Positions 39,051 to 48,362 of a stretch of 64,000 bases of DNA are shown here, one piece after another. The stretch lies in assembly GCA_045863335.1 (NCBI GenBank), contig BTVY01000028.1:34009-98008 (forward strand), given 5' to 3'. Made by a program: the position numbers and the translations under genes. The notes below the pieces were generated by a model. That model was not told the DNA's origin, searched no databases, and saw only the letters and a program-made list of their open reading frames with translations. Numbering within the stretch: the first letter of the stretch is position 1; each line of letters begins with the position of its first letter. Origin of the DNA: Candidatus Hydrogenedentota bacterium. GTDB lineage: Bacteria; Hydrogenedentota; Hydrogenedentia; Hydrogenedentales; SLHB01.

Positions 39051-39060
39051 GGCAACGCGA

Positions 39061-39384
39061 ATGACACGCTACGGCATGGTCGTCCGGGTCAAGCCTGACC
39101 GGCTCGATGAGTATAAGCGGCTGCACGCGGCCGTGTGGCCGGAGATATTGGAGAAGATCACGGAGTGCAACATCCGCAATTATTCGATCTATCACAAAGA
39201 CGACCTGCTGTTCAGCTACTTCGAATACGTCGGCGACGATTTTGTTGCCGATATGGAGGTGATGGCCGCGGACCCCGTCGTGCAGCGATGGTGGGACGTG
39301 TGCAAGCCGTGTCACGAACCGCTCCCCACCCGCGCCGAAGGCGAGTGGTGGGCCAACATGGACGAGGTCTTTCATTGCGATTGA
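39061..39384 (+). CDS. rhaM: L-rhamnose mutarotase family protein
   Basis: EYKRLHAAVWPE, NIRNYSIY, LFSYFEY, RWW, MDEVFH.D. Confidence 0.85.
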   Translation: MTRYGMVVRVKPDRLDEYKRLHAAVWPEILEKITECNIRNYSIYHKDDLLFSYFEYVGDDFVADMEVMAADPVVQRWWDVCKPCHEPLPTRAEGEWWANMDEVFHCD

Positions 39385-39424
39385 ACGAAGACTCGGATCG
39401 TCGCACTCACGTCAGGATAATGCT

Positions 39425-40540
39425 ATGACCAGCAAAGAACGCATGATGCGCGCGCTCCACCGGGAGAAACCGGATCGCCTGCCGGTGTCGGTACACCAAT
39501 GGCAGGGATACCATCTCGATACCTACCTCGATGGCATCAGCGACATCGAGGCCTTCGAACGCTTCGGCATGGACGCCCAGATCCAGTACTTCGAGGAGAT
39601 GGGCCAGTTCTGGCTGGTCAACGCCGACTTTGCAAAGGCATCCACGACGGACTGGCGCGACGAAGTAACAGTCATCAGCGACGATCCCGATAACCGCGTC
39701 AACCATCACACGATCCATACGCCGTCCGGCACGCTTACCTACAAGACCGCAGGCGACCGCAAGACGACCTGGATCACGGAGTACCTTATCAAGCGCGACG
39801 AAGATATCGAGATCATCCGGAAGCATATGCCGGTCCCCGTACTGAATCTCCCGCCCATCGCGGAAACCTACGACAATTTGGGCGATCGCGGTATTCTGCG
39901 CGGATTTGTCTGGGGCGATCAGGCCGGATGCTGGCAACACGCCTGCTGCCTCGCGGATGCCAATGATCTCATCCTCCGCTGTCTGACGGAGCCGGACTGG
40001 GTCCACGAGCTGCTCGGCATTCTGCTGGAGAAGAAGCTGCGCTTCGTTGCCTCCATGAAGGGCGCGAAGTTCGACGTCATCGAAACCGGAGGTGGCGCGG
40101 GTTCTTCGACGCTGATCTCGCCGGACATCCATCGCGAGTTCTGCCTGCCCTACGACCGCGAGGTGCACGACGCCCTGCATGAACTCGGCTTTCTCATCAC
40201 CTACCACACCTGCGGCGGGACTTTTGGCATTGAGGACGCCATCATCCAGAACGGCTGCGACATCTCCGAGACCCTAGCGCCGAAGAGCATCGGCGGCAAC
40301 CAGGAACCCTGGGAATTCAAGGCGAAGGTCGGCGATCGCCTCGCCCTCATCGGAGGCCTGGATCAGTTCAGTGTGCTGACCGAAGGTAGCGATGCGCTCA
40401 TCCGCGCAAAGGTTCATGAACTATTCGAAAAAGTGGGCGACAATGGCGGCTACATTTGCTCCCTCGCGGACCATTTCTTCGAAACACCACCCGAAAAACT
40501 CCAAGTCTTCGCCGACGCGGCGCGAGAATGTACCTATTAA
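39425..40540 (+). CDS. Uroporphyrinogen decarboxylase / MtaA-CmuA fold protein
   Basis: MTSKERM..AL..EKPDRLP, LISP...REFCLPY, YHTCG, LIGGLDQ, GGYICSLADH. Confidence 0.85.
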   Translation: MTSKERMMRALHREKPDRLPVSVHQWQGYHLDTYLDGISDIEAFERFGMDAQIQYFEEMGQFWLVNADFAKASTTDWRDEVTVISDDPDNRVNHHTIHTPSGTLTYKTAGDRKTTWITEYLIKRDEDIEIIRKHMPVPVLNLPPIAETYDNLGDRGILRGFVWGDQAGCWQHACCLADANDLILRCLTEPDWVHELLGILLEKKLRFVASMKGAKFDVIETGGGAGSSTLISPDIHREFCLPYDREVHDALHELGFLITYHTCGGTFGIEDAIIQNGCDISETLAPKSIGGNQEPWEFKAKVGDRLALIGGLDQFSVLTEGSDALIRAKVHELFEKVGDNGGYICSLADHFFETPPEKLQVFADAARECTY

Positions 40541-40557
40541 CACCCGCCCGCGCCTCA

Positions 40558-40586
40558 TTGACAAAAACCTGATCCTATCCTATAGT
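40558..40586 (+). promoter_or_regulatory. Near-consensus sigma70 promoter for the DUF4331 gene
   Basis: TTGACA-17 nt-TATAGT, about 205 nt upstream of the start. Confidence 0.7.
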
Positions 40587-40792
40587 ACGTTCTTGCAGGG
40601 CTAACCAATTTGCTTATTCAGTAGGCGCAATCTCGCGCTCCGGGCAGGGCGACCTACGTTCACATCGCTCACGCCACTTAATGCGTTCTCGATGCTGGAT
40701 TCTGTCTGTTTCAGGTCAGGAGAGGAATTCTCCACTGATGGTACCCGAAGCAGATTCACGGGCAGTGCATTTCGAACAAGAGGAGGTGGCGG

Positions 40793-42391
40793 ATGATGTG
40801 GGCCAAAATCGATTGTGGGGGTCCGTCCCGGCGAAACGGGGTTACCCAGCACACTCTCCGGCGATGCAACTTCGGCCGCTGGCTCACGTGCGTGGCCCTA
40901 TGGATCACGCCTCTGGTCGCGCTGGCATCGAGCCACAATGACGCCCCGCTGATTGTGCAAGACCCACAGGCGGACATCGCCGACCTCTACGCCTTCATCG
41001 GCACCAAGGTGGACGACGCCAACGTGAAAGTCCTGAACGTCATCGTCAACGTCCACCCGTTCAGCGAACCCGGGACAGGTCCGAATTACGACCGCTTTGC
41101 CGACGATGCCCGGTACAGTATCCACATCGCCAACCCCGTGACCGGCGCCGAGGTGATGCGGTACGACTTTGAGTTTACCAACAGTTCGCCTCGAACGACG
41201 GCTCCCATACTCAAGAACCCCAATACCATCCTCTCGTACGGGCTCGGAACCGAGGCAGGGTCCATTAACGACGTGGGCGACGCGCGGCAGAACTACACCC
41301 AGCGGTACAAGGTGACGCACGTCAATGGCATCGTCGCGAACATCATCGGACGCAAACTCCTCACACCGCCGCCGAACGTCGGAGCGCACACCACGCCGCT
41401 CTACAACGACAACGCGACCGGCTTCGCCATTTCCGGCGCCACGACCTTCAACGAGTTGGATGCGTATACTCAAAATACAATTTACAGCTTGCCTTCAGGA
41501 GAGGTGGTCTTCGCGGGCCAGAGGGAAGATGGGTACTACGCGGATGCCTCCGGCCTCTACGACCTCCTGGATGACCGGATACTGGACAACAATAACAACT
41601 TGGGCGACGGCCTCGGTCAGGACGGCGGCGGAGTGGATACGTACAAAGGGTTCAACGTGCTCACCTACGCCATCCAGATTCCGGTGAGTTCGTTGCCTTC
41701 GTTCGCTTACACCGCACCGTATGCCGACTTGGCGAACGCTCTACCGGCGATCGGCACGGCCAACGGCGTCGGTGTGTATGCCTCCGTCAGCCGGCCGCGC
41801 AACCGTACGTACCGCATCGGCGGCGACCCGCAATCTTCCGGTCCCTATATCCAGGTCAACCGAATGGGCAACCCGCTCTTCAACGAAATGTTCGTCGCGG
41901 TAACGGACAAGGACAAGTACAACCGTACGCTGCCCATTACCGATTCCGCTCGCTTCGCGAGCTACGCCCTGAACCCGGAGATGGCGTCGCTCTTTAACTT
42001 GGTGTTCGCCACCAGCTTCGTCACCACGGGCCGCACCGACCTCGAAGCCCTCTTCATCCCCGATGTCCTGCGCGTCGACACCACCACCATGCCCGTCCGC
42101 TTGCCCGGACAGTCCGGCTTCAGTCGCCACGGTTTCCTCGGCAGCGACACCACGACCGACGGCGGCGCCCGGACCAAGTCCAGCGGCTGGCCCAACGGAC
42201 GCCGCATGGGCGACGACGTGATGGACATCGTCCTGACCCTTCTCGCCAGCGGACCGACCTACGCCTCCACCACTCTCGTCGGCGACAACGTAGCCGCCAA
42301 CGATCAGCTCTACCACCAGGTATTCCCCTACGCCGCCACCCCCCACGCCGGCCGCAACCACCGGAAGGACTCCGGCGAAAACGCGCCCTGA
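40793..42391 (+). CDS. DUF4331 domain secreted protein
   Basis: ASSHNDAP..DP.ADI.DLYAF, VFAGQRED, QV.RMGNPLFNE, GWPNGRR..DDV.DI, FPY.ATP; GAGGAGG RBS. Exact start uncertain. Confidence 0.85.
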   Translation: MMWAKIDCGGPSRRNGVTQHTLRRCNFGRWLTCVALWITPLVALASSHNDAPLIVQDPQADIADLYAFIGTKVDDANVKVLNVIVNVHPFSEPGTGPNYDRFADDARYSIHIANPVTGAEVMRYDFEFTNSSPRTTAPILKNPNTILSYGLGTEAGSINDVGDARQNYTQRYKVTHVNGIVANIIGRKLLTPPPNVGAHTTPLYNDNATGFAISGATTFNELDAYTQNTIYSLPSGEVVFAGQREDGYYADASGLYDLLDDRILDNNNNLGDGLGQDGGGVDTYKGFNVLTYAIQIPVSSLPSFAYTAPYADLANALPAIGTANGVGVYASVSRPRNRTYRIGGDPQSSGPYIQVNRMGNPLFNEMFVAVTDKDKYNRTLPITDSARFASYALNPEMASLFNLVFATSFVTTGRTDLEALFIPDVLRVDTTTMPVRLPGQSGFSRHGFLGSDTTTDGGARTKSSGWPNGRRMGDDVMDIVLTLLASGPTYASTTLVGDNVAANDQLYHQVFPYAATPHAGRNHRKDSGENAP

Positions 42392-42475
42392 CAAAGAGTC
42401 TCGACGGCACACGACCCACGCCCGCAAATCATGGGTTCCGGTCACGAGGCCGAGAAGTGTGGCCGAGTAGCTTTC

Positions 42476-42500
42476 GTAGCGCCCGGGTTCCACCCCGGGC
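42476..42500. repeat. GTAG-type REP palindrome
   Basis: GTAGC-GCCCGGG-TTCCAC-CCCGGGC. Confidence 0.55.
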
Positions 42501-42524
42501 GTACTCCGAAGCCCAAGACGCCTT

Positions 42525-42675
42525 AGGAGGGCGGGTTTTCCTACCCGCCAAGCCAGCGATCGCGTGGCAACACGGCAACCGGAATACCAAGAAGACTACG
42601 TGGGGTGATCTTCAAACGAAGAGGTTTCACACACACGCAACCGCTCGCACGGCGGGTTGGAAAACCCGCCCTCCT
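42525..42675. repeat. REP doublet, family B
   Basis: AGGAGGGCGGGTTTTCCTACCCGCC (42525-42549) and inverted GGCGGGTTGGAAAACCCGCCCTCCT (42651-42675), 101 nt apart. Confidence 0.8.
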
Positions 42676-42746
42676 TGGCGCGACTTTCCCGCACTATTGG
42701 AAGCTACCTACTTCCCCCGGCGCAGGGAACTTTATCCAGGATCCCC

Positions 42747-44705
42747 TTAATTCGCGGCTGGACGCTCCGTTTGCGCTCCGGTGGCAAGCGCCAACGCGCG
42801 CGCGACGGACGATCGGCATCGAGCGATGTCTTCGGACGTGAACCCCGTAGTTGGACCCGAGTCAAACTCGGCAAGAGATGCCTCGGCCTCCCTCGCGAAG
42901 GACAGCAGTTGATCCGGCGGGATGTCTTTTCGCGCCAGGCTTTCCACCAGTCCGCTCAGTGCCGCTGCTTTCCCGAGGAACGCCTCCTGGCGTTCCCTTG
43001 AATCCGAGGACTTCACCAGGACCGCGCCGAAAGCTGCGGTGGCCTGGACATACCCGGAACCACCTGCAAATAGACGGGCTTCTCGAATCAGTTCATCCGA
43101 ATCCTGGCGGAGTGCCAGCGCATCGGCGAAGCGATCGATAAGACGAGTCAACTCGTCAATTTGCTTATACTGAATTAAATAGCCAGACATCCATCCATAC
43201 TCCATGAACATCTGGTCGCTGTCATACTGCCCTTGCGCCGCTTCGATGAACTCATTCCAGGCGGCGTACCATTCATCTCTATCGCCGGCCGCGAAGTAGA
43301 TCTCTTTCAGAAGCCGGCGTGACGCGATCTCCGTATCTACGTCATTCGCAGCTTTCGCCATTTCGATGAGGTTCCTGCACGGTTCTACAAACTCGCGAAC
43401 CGCGGTGGCCGACTTCTCATTGGAAGGCCTCCTCACGTCGAAAAATCGGCGCATGATTTCGTAATACTCCCACCGGCAGTCCCCCGATGGGCCTTCAAGC
43501 GGCACGCGCGGATCGGCCGACACGTCACTCAAGGACACCGCCTGGGTAGGCTGGGTGCGCAGACTCATCACGCGGTTTCCGTCAACCGTCTCGATGTAGA
43601 TCTCCGCAGGATATGCGGGCGCGTCAGGTCTGCCTGAGGAATGCTCGTAACTCCACACCACGCGCCGTGGCAGTGCAACCGGAAGAATCATCCCGCCATC
43701 GGAGTAGGTGAGCGCGTTCTCATGGATTTCAAGAATCATGCGCGACGAACTTGACGCCTCGGATGATTGCGGCGGCCCCTCCTCCCAGTGGACCGATGCC
43801 ACGGGCTCGGAAGAATCCGCGCCGAAGATCCGCGCCGATCGAAGAACCGGATGGCCGGGGTCATTCGCAATCTCGTATTCCGCGCGGGATACTTGCGCGA
43901 GATAAAGCCACGGTTTGCTGCGCTCCCACACGGCGACGATTGCGTTCGTTCCCCCGCCTTCCGGTGCGGCCTGCGACGGATACACGGTGAAATCGCGCAA
44001 CGCCCAGCTATTCGCGATGCTCGCAGCGATCTGGTCATCCAGCGGCGCGCTCACAGGCGATCGGCCATTGGTCTTGCCCGCCACCTCCGGCGAATCAAAC
44101 GCCACCTCCGAGTTCGTCCACTTATGGGGCTGGTAAACGAGCAGTTCCTCCGCATCCACGACCATCGTCAACCCAATCGGCTCATATCCCAAGCCCCGCG
44201 CCCGCCAGTTCGGAGTGCGGGCGTAACACTCGCCCCGGGAAAATCCATCACCGCGGCCAACTACCCCAAAGACGGTCGCCGCAATACCCGGCGGTGCATC
44301 GAATCCCCCGTGCGGGGGATATTCGAGCATGAATTCCACGCATGCAGGCGGCGATGCGTCGCCGGGACCAGTCGTGTCCTCTCCATCCGCGCCCGGCATG
44401 GGAATCTGGAAGGGGGGAAACCCAAGCACGCAGTCTGCGATCAGTCCCACCGCTTCGTACTGCTGAACTTTCCGAGCGAATTCTCTCAAGCTGCGGATGC
44501 GCGCGGCCTCGTCAACCGCAGTGCCGGCATCCGTACTCGAAGAACCGGCATGCGACCCTGCCTCCGCGCCACATGCAGGGCCTGCCAACCCGCTCCAAGC
44601 GAACAACAGCACAAGGTAGATCGCGATGCTATCCAAAGGAACTGAAATTCCCCAAGATGGAAAACTCAATCGGTATCGTTGTGTACTCGCGAATCGTTTA
44701 TTCAT
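42747..44705 (-). CDS. Hypothetical exported protein with beta-rich middle and TPR-like helical C-terminus
   Basis: Long ORF; N-terminal hydrophobic segment (IAIYLVLLFAWSGLAGPACGA); start overlaps the upstream stop; no recognisable catalytic motif. Confidence 0.6.
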   Translation of the reverse strand: MNKRFASTQRYRLSFPSWGISVPLDSIAIYLVLLFAWSGLAGPACGAEAGSHAGSSSTDAGTAVDEAARIRSLREFARKVQQYEAVGLIADCVLGFPPFQIPMPGADGEDTTGPGDASPPACVEFMLEYPPHGGFDAPPGIAATVFGVVGRGDGFSRGECYARTPNWRARGLGYEPIGLTMVVDAEELLVYQPHKWTNSEVAFDSPEVAGKTNGRSPVSAPLDDQIAASIANSWALRDFTVYPSQAAPEGGGTNAIVAVWERSKPWLYLAQVSRAEYEIANDPGHPVLRSARIFGADSSEPVASVHWEEGPPQSSEASSSSRMILEIHENALTYSDGGMILPVALPRRVVWSYEHSSGRPDAPAYPAEIYIETVDGNRVMSLRTQPTQAVSLSDVSADPRVPLEGPSGDCRWEYYEIMRRFFDVRRPSNEKSATAVREFVEPCRNLIEMAKAANDVDTEIASRRLLKEIYFAAGDRDEWYAAWNEFIEAAQGQYDSDQMFMEYGWMSGYLIQYKQIDELTRLIDRFADALALRQDSDELIREARLFAGGSGYVQATAAFGAVLVKSSDSRERQEAFLGKAAALSGLVESLARKDIPPDQLLSFAREAEASLAEFDSGPTTGFTSEDIARCRSSVARALALATGAQTERPAAN

Positions 44706-45864
44706 CGGAACTACGACGCCTCCAGTAAACATATCCGGCTACCCCCGCACCCATGGCAGCGGCCGCAAACAGCACTACGTACACACCACGTGACGAACCC
44801 GAATCCTCGGCGCCCAAAGCAGGTGATGAATCCTCGACTGGAACCAAAGCTAAGGAATCGGCAACCCCTAAACTGGAGTCAGGATGTTCAGGCGAGGCTC
44901 CAGCTTTATTCGGCTCGGTGTCTCGAATGGAACCCAATTTACGATCAGATTCAGCATCGAGCTCACGAAAGTGCCGTTCATCCTCCAACCAACGCGCAAT
45001 ACTGCGCATTTCGGAACGCTTCGTTTCTTCCACCATCCCCTGCCGCTCCAACTGCTTCAAGCGATCGGAAAATGGAAAATCCGTCATTTCCTCGGTCGAC
45101 GTGATGACGCGATCGATGTACACGCTCGATCCATCCAAAGTCAGCAATTCGGGAGGGAGCCCTTGCGCTCGATTCTCTTCGATCTCAGCAAGTTCTGCGT
45201 GTAAATCTTCAATCGACTTTTGTCCCGCATCAGCAATCGTTTCCAGCATTGACGTCAGTTCCGCGTCCGTGAGAATTGCTTTGTACCTTGGGTCAAGCGG
45301 ATTGACCGCTGCAAACCGCATGTTTTCCAGACCCTCCGCCGAGATGCGGTTGAATTCGTCCAACGATTCCCGATCGGGCAGATACGTGGCCACTTCGTTC
45401 AACGTCGCAATGACCGCTTCCTCCATCGCCGAGAATTGGTCGTCCAACCGCTTCTGCCCTTCCTCGTCAAGTGGCGGGCGGCCCGCGCAAGCGCCAAGCA
45501 GTAGCGCGCACTTCTCTTCCAGGATCTCCAAGGTCAGCGATGAATCAAAGTGCAATGGAACCTGCTGAACTGCCGTTGCAGGCAAGAACTCCAGAACCTG
45601 CGCCGCCGACTCTGGAGGGAGCGCGCTTAGTACCGCTTCGCGTTGCCGTTCCAATACGCCCAGGAATTCAGTGCGTTGCGAATCCGTCCACTCCGGCCGT
45701 TCCTGTTGAAGCCACGTATCCAAATGCTCCGGATCGAAACTTTCTTGGCCAGAAACGCGCAACACCGGTATGCATAGCAGGGCAGCCGTCAGACAAAGCA
45801 GTATATGGCGCGGCCAGCCTGCAGACTTCATCGGACTCGCGATTGAAGAATTCAAGGTCTTCAT
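44698..45864 (-). CDS. Hypothetical exported acidic helical protein with C-terminal TM anchor
   Basis: Signal-like N-terminus; Ser/Pro linker followed by GVYVVLFAAAAMGAGVAGYVYW-RRR. Confidence 0.65.
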   Translation of the reverse strand: MKTLNSSIASPMKSAGWPRHILLCLTAALLCIPVLRVSGQESFDPEHLDTWLQQERPEWTDSQRTEFLGVLERQREAVLSALPPESAAQVLEFLPATAVQQVPLHFDSSLTLEILEEKCALLLGACAGRPPLDEEGQKRLDDQFSAMEEAVIATLNEVATYLPDRESLDEFNRISAEGLENMRFAAVNPLDPRYKAILTDAELTSMLETIADAGQKSIEDLHAELAEIEENRAQGLPPELLTLDGSSVYIDRVITSTEEMTDFPFSDRLKQLERQGMVEETKRSEMRSIARWLEDERHFRELDAESDRKLGSIRDTEPNKAGASPEHPDSSLGVADSLALVPVEDSSPALGAEDSGSSRGVYVVLFAAAAMGAGVAGYVYWRRRSSDE

Positions 45865-45947
45865 TGTGAGTTATCCAATTCGTTTGTGAAAGTCTGGGAA
45901 CGCATGCAACCGTTTTGTCAATTGGCCCACATGATCTTCATCCCCAC

Positions 45948-45984
45948 TTCATCATTTCCACGCCGCCGACGTGACAATGACGAA
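45948..45984 (-). terminator. Intercistronic stem-loop (stabiliser or attenuator)
   Basis: Minus strand TTCGTCATTGTCACG-7 nt-CGTGGAAATGATGAA pairs at 14 of 15 positions when G-U wobbles are allowed; no U-tract. Confidence 0.45.
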
Positions 45985-46045
45985 CTGACGTCAAAGCGTG
46001 CTTTCCTACACACGTTCTTGACAGTTTCTGAACTTCCCCGCAGAT

Positions 46046-46864
46046 TCACTTTAGCCAGGGACCCTCAAGATCTAAATCCGGGTACGAGGTATCAATCTTC
46101 GCAAACGCCTTGGATTTGTCTTTGTACATATCGTCTGTGGTGTCTCTTGTTTCGTAAACCTTTGCCCAAGCCTTGGTTCTCAGTATTACGAAGCATTGAG
46201 AACCAGGATCGTCATCGGTGTCTGTCACGCTCGCAATTTCATGATAACTTTGTCCAGGGCTTGTGTTCTGAGCACTGGGAACTGACCAGCTTATACTCGC
46301 TTCTGTAAGTCCTCCGCCAATACCGGTGAGGCCTCCGGAGTCATTAATGACCTCGACGCCAGCCCATACACTCTTCTCGGAAACCTTCCCATCTGTGGTC
46401 GCAGTGTCGCACTCGATCTTAGCCCAGGCATTCGTGACTATCTTTCCGCAACCCCAGAATAGACTTTCTATATCTAGTGCCGCATCAGCATATACATCTA
46501 CCTCTATATCGCATTCAAAACGATACAAAGCAGTAGAGTCCTCGCCGTCATGCGTCCACTCCCATTTTGTATATGCGGTGATTCCGTTTTCGACAGGAAT
46601 GGTTGCAGTAAAGTTGCTCGTGTTCTCCAACTCCACTTCCGCTAGTGATTCCCCCCACTTATCGGTCCCGACACTTAGGCTCCGTTTTACACGTATGTTT
46701 CCCACGTCGCTTGAACCGCGCATAATGTCCACCGTCGAACTGCCGCTCGTTTCTTCGCCCGTTACGAGTAGTATGTAACCAGCATGTGCAACGCACGGTA
46801 CGAGTCCTACCATTATTAATCCGGCAAATATCGCCGCGGCAACGGAGCGCTGGAATTTACGCAT
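46046..46864 (-). CDS. Hypothetical secreted beta-strand-rich protein
   Basis: MRKFQRSVAAAIFAGLIMVGLVPCVAHA signal peptide (AHA cleavage site); Ser/Thr/Asp-rich mature part with 4 Cys; AAGGAAGGGGG upstream; lower GC. Confidence 0.7.
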   Translation of the reverse strand: MRKFQRSVAAAIFAGLIMVGLVPCVAHAGYILLVTGEETSGSSTVDIMRGSSDVGNIRVKRSLSVGTDKWGESLAEVELENTSNFTATIPVENGITAYTKWEWTHDGEDSTALYRFECDIEVDVYADAALDIESLFWGCGKIVTNAWAKIECDTATTDGKVSEKSVWAGVEVINDSGGLTGIGGGLTEASISWSVPSAQNTSPGQSYHEIASVTDTDDDPGSQCFVILRTKAWAKVYETRDTTDDMYKDKSKAFAKIDTSYPDLDLEGPWLK

Positions 46865-46966
46865 GACTTCCCCCTTCCTTGTCAGCTTGCCTGACATCGA
46901 ACCGTTCTAAAGACTCCCCCATAATTGTGACACTATGTTCAGTCCAGCAAGAACTATTCCAATATG

Positions 46967-46984
46967 CCCCCCCCCCCCTCCCCC
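46967..46984. repeat. Homopolymer tract C12-T-C5 (poly-G on the coding strand)
   Basis: Directly visible about 100 nt upstream of the start at 46864. Confidence 0.9.
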
Positions 46985-47142
46985 GTTGTGGGACACGATA
47001 GTAAGTCATAGGTTGCCAAGCCCTTACCGGGCGACATGACAAAAGCCAATTGATGGCTTACCTTGTCCACTTCTGTCAAATTGCATTACACACGTAACAA
47101 ATAATTACACACCCAGATCTGCGCTGCTCAGCAATAATTTAC

Positions 47143-47562
47143 CTACTCCCCCGGCACCTGTATTTTGTCCAATATCCCGTTGATGAACCTGGGCGCGTCG
47201 TCGGTGCCGAAGCGTTTGGCGACTTCGATGGCTTCGTTGATGGCGACGTTGCGGGGGACGTCTCCGGCGTAGAGCATTTCCCACGCGGCGACGCGGAGCA
47301 CGTTGCGTTCGACGCGTCCGATGCGGCCGGGGGACCAGGTTTCGAGGGTGGCGGCGATAGCGTTATCGAGGTCCGCGCGTTGATCGATGACGCCGGCGAT
47401 CAGCTTCTCCGCGTAGTCGCGCACGCCGGGACGCGACGGGTTCACGCGCCAGAAATCGGCGATGACTTCACGCCAGTCATAGGAGGTAAAATCGAGGCCG
47501 AACAAAAACTGGACGGCGCGCTCGCGGGCGCGCCGCCGCACTTGAGGACTGATACTGCTCAC
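47143..47562 (-). CDS. nusB: Transcription antitermination factor NusB
   Basis: RRRARERAVQFLF, ERNVLR.A.WE, VAINEAIEVAKRFG....RFINGILD; AAGGAG before the GTG start. Confidence 0.95.
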   Translation of the reverse strand: MSSISPQVRRRARERAVQFLFGLDFTSYDWREVIADFWRVNPSRPGVRDYAEKLIAGVIDQRADLDNAIAATLETWSPGRIGRVERNVLRVAAWEMLYAGDVPRNVAINEAIEVAKRFGTDDAPRFINGILDKIQVPGE

Positions 47563-47624
47563 AACTGCTCCTTAAGCACGGCTCGCCGCGATTTGTTATG
47601 CGCTCCCGGACACCATGTCTGCGC

Positions 47625-47793
47625 GAAGAACATCCCCCTTAGTCCCCCTTCGAAGGGGGAGTTCCGTACTACGCTTTGCGTAGTGTTTGGAATAGAAAAC
47701 GGCTCCGGATTCGTGCATTTCACGGTCCTTACACCGTGAACTGCAGTGCCGCAAAATTCCCCCTTTGAAGGGGGATCAAGGGGAATGTTCTTC
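47625..47793. repeat. REP doublet, family D (ACATCCCCCTTNNTCCCCCTTCGAAGGGGGA)
   Basis: Copies at 47625-47663 and inverted at 47755-47793, between ribH and nusB. Confidence 0.85.
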
Positions 47794-47833
47794 AGTGCCA
47801 GGGACCGCTGTCGGCATAATGAGTTGATTCCGC

Positions 47834-48298
47834 TCACAATTGCTCCATGAGATTCGCCATCTCGATCGCGGCCATCGCCGCGTCAAACCCTTTGTTGCCG
47901 GATTTGGTGCCGGCGCGTTCGACGGCCTGTTCGATCGTGTCGGTGGTCAGGATGCCGAAGATGATGGGCACGCCGGCATCGTAAGACGCGTGCGCCACGC
48001 CCTTGGCCGCTTCGCCCGCCACGTAGTCGAAGTGCGACGTGCTCCCGCGGATCACCGCGCCCAGCGCGATGATGGCATCGTACTTCTTCGACTGGGCCAT
48101 CTTCTTCGCCACCACGGGGATCTCATACGACCCCGGCGCCCACACGACGGTGATGTCCTTCTCATCCGCGCCGTGGCGGGTCAACCCGTCGATAGCGCCG
48201 CCCAGGAGTTTCGACGAGATAAACTCGTTGAACCGGGACACGATGATCCCGTACTTCTTCCCCTTCGAAATCAATTTGCCTTCAATCACCTTCGGCAT
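47834..48298 (-). CDS. ribH: 6,7-dimethyl-8-ribityllumazine synthase
   Basis: [52 protein letters not shown]. Confidence 0.97.
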   Translation of the reverse strand: MPKVIEGKLISKGKKYGIIVSRFNEFISSKLLGGAIDGLTRHGADEKDITVVWAPGSYEIPVVAKKMAQSKKYDAIIALGAVIRGSTSHFDYVAGEAAKGVAHASYDAGVPIIFGILTTDTIEQAVERAGTKSGNKGFDAAMAAIEMANLMEQL

Positions 48299-48362
48299 GG
48301 TTCCTCTCTCCTCTCCGTACCGATTCGTACGTCACATCGCCGCCATCCGCGGCAAGAAATCT

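Noticed and set aside
40595-40660. Possible c-di-GMP-I riboswitch (AGGGCTAACC...GGCGCAA)
   Set aside because: Only a superficial resemblance; no GNRA-capped P2 stem, and a GTAG...CTAC REP remnant explains the pairing. An Infernal scan would settle it.
42700-47140. Prophage or integrative element at the orphan cassette
   Set aside because: No integrase, transposase, tRNA or flanking direct repeats were seen.
47559-47837. 92-aa ORF between ribH and nusB (also 48332-48553, 49829-50101, 31672-31869)
   Set aside because: Composed of translated REP arms (IPLDPPSKGE, SPFEGG) with no independent coding evidence. The tight fit to flanking genes is noted, so translation cannot be fully excluded.
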